From a virus, in IMG/VR virus record IMGVR_UViG_3300025133_000023: a stretch of 64,000 bases of DNA; one strand, given 5' to 3'. Under the pieces are notes generated by a model that was not told the origin of the DNA, made no database searches, and saw only the letters and a program-made list of their open reading frames with translations. Of this stretch, positions 1 through 10,688 are shown piece by piece. Position 1 is the first letter of the stretch; the number at the start of each line of letters is the position of its first letter. The position numbers and the translations under genes are program-made.

Positions 1-2
1 GC

Positions 3-1961
3 TTTCGTTTATCTGACAATTTCCTAGCAAGGTTTGAAGGCAAACAACCCCAATGGGGACCGCTAGGATACGTTACCTTTAAGAGAACCTACGCACGTAG
101 GCTCCCTAAGGGTGGAACAGAAGAGTTCTGGCAAACATGCAAGAGGGTCGTTGAAGGAACCTATTCAGTTCAACGAAACCACTGCAAGCAGCTAGGTCTT
201 CCATGGAATGGACACAAGGCTCAGCATTCAGCACAACGAATGTTTGATCTGATGTGGCAAATGAAATGGCTTCCTCCGGGTCGGGGACTGTGGATGATGG
301 GGACTGAGTTCATTGAAAAACATGGCTCAGCAGCCTTAAACAACTGCGGTTTTATTAGCACAAGAGATATCAAGAGCGACTTCTCGTTTCCATTTATTTG
401 GTTAATGGACATGTCCATGTTGGGCGTAGGGGTTGGTAGCGATACAAGAGGTGCAGGAACCGTAACTATTAGGGAACCCAAGCGTACCGATGAGATTTTT
501 CTCATTCCAGATACGCGTGAAGGGTGGTACGAGGCAGTAAGAATTGTCCTCAATGCCTATGTCGGTAAAGGAACAATCCCAAGCTTCGATTACACCGCCA
601 TCCGTAAGGCTGGAGAACTCATCCACGGGTTTGGCGGAATTGCCGCAGGCCCAGGCCCACTAAAGCAGCTAATTGAGATTGACATCTCCTATGTCTTGGA
701 TCAATTGCCTGGAAAACTTATCACCTCTGAAGCTATCACTGACCTTCTCAACTATATTGGGAAGTGTGTGGTAAGTGGAAATGTGCGACGTAGTGCTGAA
801 TTAGTTCTAGGTAACCCTGAAGACAAGAACTTCTTGTCTCTTAAGGACCCCGAGACTAATGGAAAAGCACTAGCAGACAGGCGATGGGCATCAAACAATT
901 CTGTCATCGTTAATACTTTGACAGACTTCTCGGATCTCGCTTGGCGTACCCAGAAGAATGGAGAGCCTGGTTACTACTGGCTAAACAATGCACGAGCCTT
1001 TGGGCGAATGATTGATATGCCAGACTATAGAGATCATCGAGTAATGGGAGCCAACCCTTGTGTTGAGCAACCCCTAGAACACGGTGAGCTTTGTAACCTT
1101 GTTGAAAACTTCATGGCTAGGTGTGACTCTCAGGAAGAATTCCTTGAGGTGTTGAAGTATTCCTATCTCTATGCAAAGACTGTTACTCTCATTCCCACAC
1201 ATTGGGAGATAACTAATGCAGTTATGCTTCGCAATAGACGTATTGGTTGTAGCCTCAGTGGCATCACAAGAGCAAAGAATAAGCTAGGCACAGGAAAGTT
1301 TATCCAATGGCTAGACAAGGGCTATAATCGCATCAGAGAGCTCGATAAGATCTACTCTGAATGGTTGTGTTGTCCTGAATCTATTAAGGTCACTAGCGTT
1401 AAGCCTTCCGGAACTGTGAGTCTGCTACCTGGTGAACCGCCCGGTGTTCACTACCCACATTCTGAATACTACAATCGAATCATTCGTATTGGAGTTCAGT
1501 CTCCCCTCATCCCAAAGCTGGAGGCTGCGGGATATTATATGGAGCCAGACACCTATGCTCCTAATTCTATCTGTGTTTACTTCCCTGTAAGGGAACAGGA
1601 CTTTGATAGGTCTAAGACTGAGGTATCTATGTGGGAACAGTTAGAGCTTGTAGCATTGCTGCAGTCTTTCTGGGCAGACAATATGGTTTCAGCTACTGTT
1701 ACATTCAATGAGGTAGAAGGCAAGCAGATGAAGCATGCCTTGGAGATGTTTAGTCATAGACTCAAATCAATCTCCTTCCTGCCATTGAAGGACCACCAAT
1801 ATGAGCAAGCTCCCTATCAGGAGATTACTGGAGAGCAGTATCTCTCTTTTATCAAGAGCTTGGATCGTTTGGATCTAGATGACAGCGTTCATGAACACAC
1901 TGAACGTTTCTGTGATACTGATGTTTGTGAGATTAAGGCCTTTACATTACAGAATCGTTAG
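3..1961 (+). CDS. nrdJ: Class II (adenosylcobalamin-dependent) ribonucleoside-triphosphate reductase, monomeric RTPR type; 5' end lies at or beyond the window edge
   Basis: The frame of ORF 240..1961 is open back to nt 3 (FRLSDNFLARFEGKQPQWGPLGYVTFKRTYAR). Motifs: NNCGF, GNVRRSAE, ANPCVEQ (thiyl-radical Cys), CNLVE, TSVKPSGTVS and C-terminal CDTDVC. Confidence 0.93.
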   Translation, partial: FRLSDNFLARFEGKQPQWGPLGYVTFKRTYARRLPKGGTEEFWQTCKRVVEGTYSVQRNHCKQLGLPWNGHKAQHSAQRMFDLMWQMKWLPPGRGLWMMGTEFIEKHGSAALNNCGFISTRDIKSDFSFPFIWLMDMSMLGVGVGSDTRGAGTVTIREPKRTDEIFLIPDTREGWYEAVRIVLNAYVGKGTIPSFDYTAIRKAGELIHGFGGIAAGPGPLKQLIEIDISYVLDQLPGKLITSEAITDLLNYIGKCVVSGNVRRSAELVLGNPEDKNFLSLKDPETNGKALADRRWASNNSVIVNTLTDFSDLAWRTQKNGEPGYYWLNNARAFGRMIDMPDYRDHRVMGANPCVEQPLEHGELCNLVENFMARCDSQEEFLEVLKYSYLYAKTVTLIPTHWEITNAVMLRNRRIGCSLSGITRAKNKLGTGKFIQWLDKGYNRIRELDKIYSEWLCCPESIKVTSVKPSGTVSLLPGEPPGVHYPHSEYYNRIIRIGVQSPLIPKLEAAGYYMEPDTYAPNSICVYFPVREQDFDRSKTEVSMWEQLELVALLQSFWADNMVSATVTFNEVEGKQMKHALEMFSHRLKSISFLPLKDHQYEQAPYQEITGEQYLSFIKSLDRLDLDDSVHEHTERFCDTDVCEIKAFTLQNR

Positions 1962-1984
1962 GTGGTTGAAAGAGTCTAGCTAAG

Positions 1985-2019
1985 CCAAGAGGGAGTAGGT
2001 TATGCCTGCTCCCTTTTGG
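1985..2019 (+). terminator. Stem-loop after nrdJ, probable intrinsic terminator
   Basis: ccaagagggagtagg / ttatg / cctgctcccttttgg forms a 15-bp stem with two G-U pairs. It is intergenic; the U run lies inside the 3' arm. Confidence 0.6.
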
Positions 2020-2027
2020 TATGTTAA

Positions 2028-2777
2028 ATGGGCATGATTATTTATGAAGGGCCATCAAGGCTCGATAAAAACCCCATCGTAGTTATAGCAACCAAGAAAT
2101 CTAACAACTCCAAAACAGGTAATATGATTCAGACTTGGATCATTCGCTCAGACATTAAGCCATCTGAAGCTATTCAGCAGGGGCTTGACAGTACCGTTTG
2201 TGGAGACTGTCCTTCTCGTCCCATTATGAAGAAGCTAGACAAAGGTCCGGGCGATTGCTACGTTACCATGATGGCACCTGCTGCTATCTATAAAACCTAT
2301 AAAGAGAATCGCTACACGAAAGCACTTCTTAATTCAGAAATCTCTTCCTTTGCCAAGGGGAGAGTAGTAAGGTTGGGAGCCTATGGTGACCCAGCTGCTG
2401 TTCCAGTCAAAGTTTGGAAGGCACTGCTTGCAGAAGCTAGTGGCTACACAGGCTATACACATCAGTGGGAAAACAAGGTTGCCAAAGACCTTAAGCCACT
2501 GTGTATGGCTTCTTGTGACTCATTCGAAGACTGGGGAAAGGCAACGGCTCAAGGATGGAGAACCTTTAGGGTTGTTCGAGACACTGCCACTATTGGCAAG
2601 AGAGAATTCCGATGCCCATCGGACCCACTACTAGCAACAGCCATTCCTTGCGCAAAGTGCAAGGCGTGCGATGGAGCTGACATCAACAAACCACTAAAAG
2701 GGTCTCCCTACATCGTGGCACACGGCTATCGAAGTAAGAAGGTCCAGAGAAGAACAGCAAAATTAATGGTCTTATGA
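2028..2777 (+). CDS. Conserved phage protein, gp88-like / radical-SAM-related Fe-S candidate
   Basis: SKTGNMIQTW, CGDCP...DCYV (CxxC..C), RLGAYGDP, GYTHQW and C-terminal CAKCKAC resemble a recurring phage family. Fold assignment is inference. Confidence 0.5.
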   Translation: MGMIIYEGPSRLDKNPIVVIATKKSNNSKTGNMIQTWIIRSDIKPSEAIQQGLDSTVCGDCPSRPIMKKLDKGPGDCYVTMMAPAAIYKTYKENRYTKALLNSEISSFAKGRVVRLGAYGDPAAVPVKVWKALLAEASGYTGYTHQWENKVAKDLKPLCMASCDSFEDWGKATAQGWRTFRVVRDTATIGKREFRCPSDPLLATAIPCAKCKACDGADINKPLKGSPYIVAHGYRSKKVQRRTAKLMVL

Positions 2778-3202
2778 GTACAGAAGAATATCTAAATGAA
2801 CTAACAGGCCCTCTGATAAGGTCCTTCATATGGAACAATAAAACGTTCTATGTGGTAAGCGCTGAGTGTACGATTGCAGACACAGCAAAGCTTATGACAG
2901 AAATCATTCACCAAGCTGTGAAAGATTTTGAGCGACTAGCTCTACCGTCAGCCCGTAAGGATAAGGCTAGTCGAGAGAACTGGACCACAGCACGTGGACT
3001 CCTATTTGAAGACGACTACACAATTGACTACGGAGACATCCCAGTTACATTCAAAGACATGCTTGAGTTTATCTCAACAGACGGAAGCTTTAGCGTGTCT
3101 TCGATGAGAAAGTCTCTGATAACACAAACCTTTGGATACTGGAAAATTAAAGGCGAACAATTAGAGGAAGAATTTTGGAAACAGGAGCAACAGAAACAAT
3201 GA
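2774..3202 (+). CDS. Hypothetical protein
   Basis: 142-aa ORF with an ATGA overlap to the upstream gene. Confidence 0.7.
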   Translation: MSTEEYLNELTGPLIRSFIWNNKTFYVVSAECTIADTAKLMTEIIHQAVKDFERLALPSARKDKASRENWTTARGLLFEDDYTIDYGDIPVTFKDMLEFISTDGSFSVSSMRKSLITQTFGYWKIKGEQLEEEFWKQEQQKQ

Positions 3203-4284
3203 GCCCAGCCCCATTCAACAACGCAAACATTATGAGAACCCCAAAAGAGGTTGCCCAAGACCAAGCTTCTATTGACCTTATCTTTAAGGTAATCAATAAG
3301 GAGTTTGGAAAAGGAACGATTGGAATACTAGGGAACTATGAAGTAGTCCCCTGCCCCACCATCTCTACTGGTTCTATTGGTCTTGACCTAGCTACCGGTG
3401 TTGGCGGGATTCCTAGAGGACGTATCATAGAAATCTATGGACCTGAATCTAGTGGTAAGACAACCCTATCTCTACAAATCATTGCAGAAGCTCAGAAAAG
3501 AGGTGGACGGTGTGCATTCATTGACGCTGAGCACGCACTTGATGTTGAATATGCACAAAAGCTTGGAGTTCACCTAGAGGGTCTCACTATCCACCAGCCA
3601 GACTGGGGAGAGATGGGTTTGAACGTAACCGAAAAGCTAACAACCACTGGTGCTTTCGACATCATTGTCATCGACTCTGTCGCTAACCTTGTTCCTAAGA
3701 AGGAACTTGAAGCAGACATGGGCAAGCAGCTACCAGGTCTGCAAGCAAGGATGATGGCCCAGGCCCTTAGAAAGCTTACTGCTATTGCAGAGAAAACCAA
3801 CACCACTATCATCTTCATCAATCAGATTCGATACAAGATTGGTGTGATGTTTGGTAGTCCAGAAACTACTCCAGGCGGTAATGCCCTTAAGTTCTACTGT
3901 TCTATGCGTCTAGATATTAGGCGTACAGGAAAGATTCAGAAGGACGGAGAGTTCCTTGGATGTAGTACCAAGGTGACTATTGTGAAGAACAAGGTGGCCG
4001 CACCATTTAAGAAGGCTGAGTTCAACATTCTCTTTGGTCAGGGAGTCGATCGAACAGCTGAACTAATTGACTTGGCTATTGAAAACAATGTAGTCAAGAA
4101 GAGCGGTAGCTGGTTCTCCTATAATGGAGCACAGCTAGGACAAGGCTCCGAAAAGGTTAAGGCTCTCTTCCTTAGTCAGCCTGACATCCGTGAAGAAATT
4201 GAGACCAAGGTCTTCAATATCCTATTCCCCTCTCCAACAGGAGTGAGCAATGACAAAGAAGAGGCCACAGCGACCGGAAGTTAA
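3199..4284 (+). CDS. recA: RecA recombinase
   Basis: GPESSGKTT Walker [34 protein letters not shown] and [11 protein letters not shown] 3199 has an AGGAG upstream; the ORF track starts at TTG 3175. Confidence 0.97.
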   Translation: MSPAPFNNANIMRTPKEVAQDQASIDLIFKVINKEFGKGTIGILGNYEVVPCPTISTGSIGLDLATGVGGIPRGRIIEIYGPESSGKTTLSLQIIAEAQKRGGRCAFIDAEHALDVEYAQKLGVHLEGLTIHQPDWGEMGLNVTEKLTTTGAFDIIVIDSVANLVPKKELEADMGKQLPGLQARMMAQALRKLTAIAEKTNTTIIFINQIRYKIGVMFGSPETTPGGNALKFYCSMRLDIRRTGKIQKDGEFLGCSTKVTIVKNKVAAPFKKAEFNILFGQGVDRTAELIDLAIENNVVKKSGSWFSYNGAQLGQGSEKVKALFLSQPDIREEIETKVFNILFPSPTGVSNDKEEATATGS

Positions 4285-5056
4285 AGACTGTTCAAAGTTG
4301 ATATGTAGCTGGCTTGATGAATTTAGGGCTGTGGTTGGTGTCGAAGAAGACATCGCCACACACCCTAGGCCATTTTATCCTTCACTACCTATTACAGCAT
4401 GGACTGGACCTATTCTAGGAAGCTGGTCTGACAGTCCAGAACATATGTTTTTCTCTATCTCTAAGCGTATGGTTAGGGGAAAGACAGGACGCATAAAGTT
4501 CCAAGCCAAAAGGTTAAAGGAAGTAACTGCTCGTAATTATAGGCCAACATGGATTCTAGAATACATTCTGGCTTCTCTATATCAAAATGAAGGACAAGCC
4601 CACATGATTAGACCTAACTCGAAGACTAATCTTCGAATAGGTTTGACTAAAGGTTTCAGCCTGACTGACATGTCCCTCTATATCTATTCTGTTTATGAAA
4701 ACATGAGAGATGCAGAGAATAATGACTACATGCTAACCCTGAAAGAAGAATATGATGGACCACCCCGTAGCCCTAGAGTCTACGGTCACTGGACAATCTA
4801 TCCTGCACTTCTTAATGACCACACTCACCCCTATGTTTTGGATGAGATTCGTAGAAGAGTTAAGGGGAGCGTAAAGCGTTTCATTCTCCTCCACGCAATC
4901 AACCTACACAGAACAGAAAGACGATTTTTTAATTGGATAGAGCGACACGGAGCTATGGAAGTTCTCGCTATGGATGATGACATCATCACCAAGACACTAG
5001 CCAAAGGTTTGAAGTCCTTTGTCGAGGAATGTGAAGTCTATGACAGACCGAAGTAA
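4250..5056 (+). CDS. Hypothetical protein
   Basis: 268-aa ORF overlapping the recA end; no motif recognised. Confidence 0.7.
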   Translation: MTKKRPQRPEVKDCSKLICSWLDEFRAVVGVEEDIATHPRPFYPSLPITAWTGPILGSWSDSPEHMFFSISKRMVRGKTGRIKFQAKRLKEVTARNYRPTWILEYILASLYQNEGQAHMIRPNSKTNLRIGLTKGFSLTDMSLYIYSVYENMRDAENNDYMLTLKEEYDGPPRSPRVYGHWTIYPALLNDHTHPYVLDEIRRRVKGSVKRFILLHAINLHRTERRFFNWIERHGAMEVLAMDDDIITKTLAKGLKSFVEECEVYDRPK

Positions 5057-5069
5057 TTGGAAAGAATAG

Positions 5070-6080
5070 ATGTTAAATATTATTGATAAGGAATACCTTA
5101 CTTTTGATGATGTCATGATGCTCCCTCAAACAAGTGATATTTCTTCACGAAGCCTAGTCGATGTATCTACTAAAGTAGGGCCGCTTGAACTGAATAATCC
5201 TATCATCTCTGCCAACATGGATACTATTACTGGACCAGTAATGTTAGAAGCAATGCAAAAGGCTGGAGGATGGGGCTATCTGCATAGATTTGTAGACGAG
5301 ACTACTCGTAAGCAATGGGCCTGTACACGTCGTCGCCCCGTCACCGTTGGCGTAGGAGAGGGAGAGCGTGAGTTCCTAAGGCAAATTATGGACTTTGACA
5401 TCAGTCATTTTCTTATCGATATCGCTCACGGTGACTCTAGGCAAACCATGGACATGATTAAGTTCATTCGATATGACTGGCCCGATGCAATCATCTGTGC
5501 GGGCAACGTAGCTACAGCTAATGCTGCCCTTATGTTAGCCGAAACAGGAGCTGACATTATCAAGGTAGGAGTAGGTCCAGGCAGTGTATGTATTACACGC
5601 TCTGTTACGGGCCATGGGGTCCCACAGTTAACAGCGATTGCAGACGTTGCTGAAGCCCTCAGGCCTCTCAACGTGGGCATTATTGCTGACGGAGGGATCC
5701 GGACATCAGGAGACATTGTAAAGGCCTTAGCTGCCGGTGCAGACGCTGTAATGATAGGGGGATTGTTCGCTGGCTGCGTGGAGACACCTGGTGAAAACAT
5801 TATCACCCCTAGTGGAAATTTTAAGGTCTATCGAGGCATGGCATCTAAGGAAGCCTATGCTGATAACCCTAATCGTAAAAGTAAGCATCCAACAGCAGAA
5901 GGAATCAACACCATGGTCCCCTCCAATGGACCAGCACAAGAAGTAGTTAGCAGATTAGTAGGTGGTATTCAATCAGGACTGACTTACTCTGGTGTAGCTA
6001 ATCTTACTGCCCTTAGAGAAAAGGCACAATTCATTCGGGTAACTCCCACTACATTGATTGAATCAGGAGTAAGACTATGA
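5070..6080 (+). CDS. IMP dehydrogenase / GMP reductase family (no CBS domains)
   Basis: [39 protein letters not shown] (catalytic Cys), IADGGI and YRGMAS. GuaB versus GuaC is not resolved. Confidence 0.92.
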   Translation: MLNIIDKEYLTFDDVMMLPQTSDISSRSLVDVSTKVGPLELNNPIISANMDTITGPVMLEAMQKAGGWGYLHRFVDETTRKQWACTRRRPVTVGVGEGEREFLRQIMDFDISHFLIDIAHGDSRQTMDMIKFIRYDWPDAIICAGNVATANAALMLAETGADIIKVGVGPGSVCITRSVTGHGVPQLTAIADVAEALRPLNVGIIADGGIRTSGDIVKALAAGADAVMIGGLFAGCVETPGENIITPSGNFKVYRGMASKEAYADNPNRKSKHPTAEGINTMVPSNGPAQEVVSRLVGGIQSGLTYSGVANLTALREKAQFIRVTPTTLIESGVRL

Positions 6081-6115
6081 AAGTACCAATGAGTGTCGAC
6101 ACGCGAGGCTAAACA

Positions 6116-6559
6116 ATGAAGAAATACACACTAGGCTTTGCCTTCATACCAAAAGTTGAGCTAATGGTGATGATTCATAAGAACCGAGGACCCCGTGGGG
6201 TAAAGGGACTATGGAATGGATTAGGCGGTAAGCTTGAAGAAGGTGAAACCCTACACGAATGCATGACTAGAGAGTTCCAAGAAGAGTGCGGTCTTTATAT
6301 ACCAGAGGAAGACTGGAGTCACTTCGCCACATTTGGTGACGGTGAAACCTGGGAAGTTTACTGCTTTAAGACGGTACTGCCTGAAGGGCATGCCAACCCA
6401 CAAACAATGGAGGACGAAGAGGTCGATTATCAAGCTGTATGGGATGATGTTGTTTTAAATGAATGCATTACCACATCTCGACACTTCAAGTACCTAACCT
6501 TGCTAGCGAAAGACAGCAGGCTAGTTAATCCACCTCCATACTTTAGATTCAATTTCTAA
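6116..6559 (+). CDS. Nudix (MutT-like) hydrolase
   Basis: Nudix box GGKLEEGETLHECMTREFQEECGL. Confidence 0.9.
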   Translation: MKKYTLGFAFIPKVELMVMIHKNRGPRGVKGLWNGLGGKLEEGETLHECMTREFQEECGLYIPEEDWSHFATFGDGETWEVYCFKTVLPEGHANPQTMEDEEVDYQAVWDDVVLNECITTSRHFKYLTLLAKDSRLVNPPPYFRFNF

Positions 6560-6570
6560 GAGGAAAGATC

Positions 6571-7182
6571 ATGGGAGCACACGATTACACCGTAACCTAC
6601 GGACCAATGAGCAAGAGCAAAGTCAGAAAAGAATGGGCCCTACAGATCGAAGACGATCGTGCTGAGACTGGAGGCGGTGCTTACGCAGGAAACGCCACGA
6701 CAATGCATGGTCCTGTTTGGTTTGAAGACCGAAAGTTTGCTTCCTACAACAGGGCCGTGGACTTTGTCCTAGACAACCACCAGAAATGGACAGGCCCAAT
6801 TGCCTGCTCCTATGCCATTGCCTATGCCCCTACCGACAGAGAGCTAGCCAAACGGCAGAAGCTTAGCGATGCAGTCAGAGCCAGCCAGCAGAAACTGGTT
6901 GATATGAGACAGAAGATGACAAAGGACTTCTATGAAAGGAAGTCTAGGTTTGTTGGTTGTCAAGAGTGTAAGTCAAGGATAAGCATTGACTATATGCAGA
7001 AGAAAAAACACAGCCTTAGCTGTCCTGTGTGTGGACACTCATTCATTAGCAAGACCAATCAAGATAAACTAACCGCTGCCGATATTAAGGTAGCCAAAGC
7101 AAACGACAGACTAGCTCTCGCAAACAAGCCAAGACCAAGCAAGGAGTTTGGTTGGGTTGTAGGCGGCTGGGCAGCCTGTTAA
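6571..7182 (+). CDS. Hypothetical protein with a zinc ribbon inside a coiled coil
   Basis: CQEC...CPVC flanked by helical K/A-rich segments; SD-like AGGA upstream. Confidence 0.65.
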   Translation: MGAHDYTVTYGPMSKSKVRKEWALQIEDDRAETGGGAYAGNATTMHGPVWFEDRKFASYNRAVDFVLDNHQKWTGPIACSYAIAYAPTDRELAKRQKLSDAVRASQQKLVDMRQKMTKDFYERKSRFVGCQECKSRISIDYMQKKKHSLSCPVCGHSFISKTNQDKLTAADIKVAKANDRLALANKPRPSKEFGWVVGGWAAC

Positions 7183-7231
7183 ATCATAACTAGCTGCCAT
7201 CTAGTTTTATCAACTGGCATCAGGAGATAGC

Positions 7232-10200
7232 ATGAGCTTCGTACATCTACACAATCACACAGAGTATTCTCTTCTTGACGGGATCACCCGTATCAGCGAG
7301 CTCCCTTCGGCTGTAAAGGAAATGGGAATGCCAGCCATCAGTATTACTGATCATGGTTCCCTAGCAGGAACACTCAGGTTTTATGACGAGTGTGTTAAGG
7401 CTAATATCAAGCCCATCATAGGGCTTGAAGCATACTTCAGTGAAGAGCGTTCCTTAAGGGCTGTTGATGAATTAGAAAAGTCATTCTATCACCTGGTGCT
7501 ACTTGCTAAGACCGAGCAAGGCTTTCGCAATCTAATCAAAATGAACTCCCTAGGTTGGGAGACGGGCTTCTATAAGAAGGGCCGTATTGATGACAAACTC
7601 CTTGAAGAGTACGGTGATGGGATCATTGCTACTTCAGCCTGTCTGGGTGGACGGATAGCTCAGCTGTTCCGCCGTGGCTCCAGAAAAGCTGCAGAGCATA
7701 AGATTCTCTATTACCGTGAACTCTTCAGGGAGAATTTCTTTCTAGAGATTCAGGACCACGACATCCCTGAACAAGTAGAGCTGAATAAGTTCCTTCTAGA
7801 AATTGGAGCCAAGTATGACATTCCTCCTATCCTTACAGGAGACTGTCACTATCTAAACCGTGTTGACGGTGGCGGTACTGACTCACCCCATGAGTTACTG
7901 CTTGGTGTTCAGACAAACAAGACAGTTAACGATCCTAAGAAGTTCTCCTTCGACCAAAGGGAGCACTGGGTTAAGTCTCCAAGAGAAATCCAAGAGGTAA
8001 TCGACCGTAATGGTTGGCCTCAGGATCTCATGACGAACACGTTATCTATTGCCAACATGTGTGACGGAGATTACTTCGGGACCATTCGAGGCAACTACAT
8101 GCCCAAGGTGGAGGACTTCACCAAGTGGCCTAAGTTCCTCAAGAAGGATGCCAGTAAGATTCTAGAGTACGAAGCCAAGTGTGGATTAGTGAAGCGCTTT
8201 GGTGATGTTAGCTCTATTCCTGACAAATATAAGGAACGACTTAACTATGAGCTTGGAGTTATCTCTGAGCTTGGATACTCTGACTATTTCCTCATCGTAC
8301 AGGACTATACCGAGTGGGCCAAGGAACGAGAAATCCAAATTGGCCCTGGTCGAGGTAGTGTTGGGGGTAGCCTGGTGGCATGGGCTCTTGCCCTTACCTC
8401 CAGGGCTTGTGATCCTATTAAGAATGGTCTCTACTTTGAGAGGTTCCTCAACAAGTCACGAGTAAGTCCCCCAGATATTGACTCTGACTTTCAGAGGTCT
8501 AGACGAGAAGAGGTCTTGGAATATGTCCGCTCCAAGTATGGAGAAGATTATGTTGCTCATATCGGGACAAACGGAACGTTCCATCCTCGATCCGCAGCTA
8601 AAGACATGGCGCGTATTTACGGAATGTCCAGCTACGACATTAAGCAGTTGCAGGACGGTATTCCAGAGACGTGGCGAGGACTCCCTCCTACTATTGAAGA
8701 TTGTGAACGGCAGTTTCCAGCTCTCACCACCGGTAAGTTCTCAGAGATCTGGGCCAAGGCTGTTAGAATCGTCGGCCTACCGCGCACTGCGGGAAGTCAT
8801 GCAAGCGGAGTTGTTATTGGAACGGGTGCACCTCTTAGGGATGTAGTCCCCATGTACAAAAGAGCCAAAGGCAAGATGATGATCACCGAGTTCGACATGA
8901 ACGAACTCGAAGACCTAGGCTTTTTCAAATTTGACTTCCTTGGACTCAAGAACCTCGATGTCGTTGACAAGAGCCTTGAATTCATTGAGCAAAATCATGG
9001 AAAGAGAATTGATCTAGATGCTGTTAGTCACAAAGACCCCGCAGTCTTCGACCTTATGTGTCGTGGAAAACTCAGTGGGGTTTTTCAGTTGGAGAAATCC
9101 CTTCGTAATATCACGATCAGAGTCCAGCCAAGAAGTCTTGATCATCTTTCTGCTATCAATGCACTTGGAAGGCCGGGACCACGAGACGCGGGTCTTGTCG
9201 AACAATACGTATCAAATAGACACGCTGCTAGCTATGAACTCCCCTACTCTGAGAAACTCTCTGAAGTTCTTCGGCCCATTCTTGAAGAATCTTTTGGGGT
9301 GATGGCCTATCAGGAACAAATCATGCGCATGGCTCAGGAGATTAGTGGCTTCTCATTGGTAGAAGCTGACAATCTTCGTAAAGCTATTGGCAAGAAGAAG
9401 CGTGACCTCATGGATAAGATGAGGTTCCAGTTTGTAGAAGGTGCCGTAGATAACGGACACAACCGAAAAGAAGTAGAAACCCTTTGGGGTAGTCGAGATG
9501 AAGTCACAGGCAAGGGTAGTGGCATCGTTGGCTTCGCTGACTATTGCTTTAACAAAGCTCACTCCTTTGCTTACAGCATCCTCTCCTACAGAGAGGCATG
9601 GCTTAAGTGCTTCTATCCTGCTGAATTCATGGCAGCTCTTATGTCCTATGAAGAGAATCATGACCTTATCAGTGCCTATGTCGCAGAAGCTAAGTCTCTT
9701 GACGTAGAGGTGAGAGGCCCCAGTGTTAACATCTCTAGGAACGGCTTCACATTCGATAACCAAAGAGCTATCGTCTTTGGTCTTGACTCTATCAAGGGGC
9801 TAGGCAAGCAAGCCGTAGCCGCTATTGTCAAGGCTAGGGGGAAGAAGGGATTTAGTTCCTTCGAGGACTTCTACGGTAGGGTTGACCAACGTAAGGTTAA
9901 CCGTGGAGTCATTGAGAAGCTCATCTTTGCAGGAGCTTTCGATGAGTTCAAGTACTCTAGGCAAACACTGCTTGACCATCTCGATGGACATAATAAATAT
10001 TATTCAGACGTAGTCAAATATCATGAAAGACTGTTAGAGTGTGCAAAGCGTGATGATGAAGTTGCAATTGCAAAAGGTAAACTCTTTGAAATTGAGGCCG
10101 CTATGGCATTAATTCCAATGAGGAGAAAGGACAAGGTTACCAAGTCTCCAGACGATCAGGAAACCTTTGACGCCCTAAGAGCAAAGAAAATGCTTTGGAG

Positions 10201-10654
10201 AAAGGCAAGACCGCTAAAAGTTCCAGAGCAGCCAGTCCTTGAGACTATTCCTGTTCACTCAGGACCCAGACCAATCACCCTTGACCTATTGGGCAAGGAA
10301 CGAGAGGTACTTGGGTATTATGTCTCTTTGCATCCAACTGACTTTATTACAACAGACAACCAAACTAACCACATCAACGAGATCCTGTCCGGTGACACTG
10401 GCATTTGTAACGGTGTGATTACAAGCATTAAGCGAATTATTACAAAGAGAACACGTCAACCGATGTGCTTCTTAACCATTGAGGATGCCACAGGGATGGC
10501 GGAAGTCGTAGTCTTCTCCTCTCTGTATGTGAAGTGTGCAAATAGTTTAGAAGTTGGTAGGGTAGTTCGGCTCATTTTTGATGCTGAAACTGAAGATATT
10601 CAGCCTATCAAGCTGAAAGCAAAGAGCATTCGCCTAGTGGAAGTGGAGGACTAG
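7232..10654 (+). CDS. dnaE: DNA polymerase III alpha subunit (family C)
   Basis: PHP motifs HLHNHTEYSLLDG, TDHG and GDCHY; GPGRGS; catalytic PDIDSDF and KFDFLGL; FNKAHS; C-terminal OB fold. Confidence 0.97.
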   Translation: MSFVHLHNHTEYSLLDGITRISELPSAVKEMGMPAISITDHGSLAGTLRFYDECVKANIKPIIGLEAYFSEERSLRAVDELEKSFYHLVLLAKTEQGFRNLIKMNSLGWETGFYKKGRIDDKLLEEYGDGIIATSACLGGRIAQLFRRGSRKAAEHKILYYRELFRENFFLEIQDHDIPEQVELNKFLLEIGAKYDIPPILTGDCHYLNRVDGGGTDSPHELLLGVQTNKTVNDPKKFSFDQREHWVKSPREIQEVIDRNGWPQDLMTNTLSIANMCDGDYFGTIRGNYMPKVEDFTKWPKFLKKDASKILEYEAKCGLVKRFGDVSSIPDKYKERLNYELGVISELGYSDYFLIVQDYTEWAKEREIQIGPGRGSVGGSLVAWALALTSRACDPIKNGLYFERFLNKSRVSPPDIDSDFQRSRREEVLEYVRSKYGEDYVAHIGTNGTFHPRSAAKDMARIYGMSSYDIKQLQDGIPETWRGLPPTIEDCERQFPALTTGKFSEIWAKAVRIVGLPRTAGSHASGVVIGTGAPLRDVVPMYKRAKGKMMITEFDMNELEDLGFFKFDFLGLKNLDVVDKSLEFIEQNHGKRIDLDAVSHKDPAVFDLMCRGKLSGVFQLEKSLRNITIRVQPRSLDHLSAINALGRPGPRDAGLVEQYVSNRHAASYELPYSEKLSEVLRPILEESFGVMAYQEQIMRMAQEISGFSLVEADNLRKAIGKKKRDLMDKMRFQFVEGAVDNGHNRKEVETLWGSRDEVTGKGSGIVGFADYCFNKAHSFAYSILSYREAWLKCFYPAEFMAALMSYEENHDLISAYVAEAKSLDVEVRGPSVNISRNGFTFDNQRAIVFGLDSIKGLGKQAVAAIVKARGKKGFSSFEDFYGRVDQRKVNRGVIEKLIFAGAFDEFKYSRQTLLDHLDGHNKYYSDVVKYHERLLECAKRDDEVAIAKGKLFEIEAAMALIPMRRKDKVTKSPDDQETFDALRAKKMLWRKARPLKVPEQPVLETIPVHSGPRPITLDLLGKEREVLGYYVSLHPTDFITTDNQTNHINEILSGDTGICNGVITSIKRIITKRTRQPMCFLTIEDATGMAEVVVFSSLYVKCANSLEVGRVVRLIFDAETEDIQPIKLKAKSIRLVEVED

Positions 10655-10675
10655 GGGTTAACCCCTAGTTCCTCC
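10645..10675. repeat. Palindrome overlapping the dnaE stop codon
   Basis: Perfect 20-bp palindrome actaggggttaacccctagt (10650-10669), extended by ggagg/cctcc with a 1-nt bulge. Confidence 0.9.
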
Positions 10676-10688
10676 CAAAGGAATATAT

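Noticed and set aside
7232-10654. Inteins or introns in dnaE, recA or nrdJ
   Set aside because: Lengths are typical and no intein splice motifs (C/S start, HN-C/S/T end) or LAGLIDADG blocks were seen.
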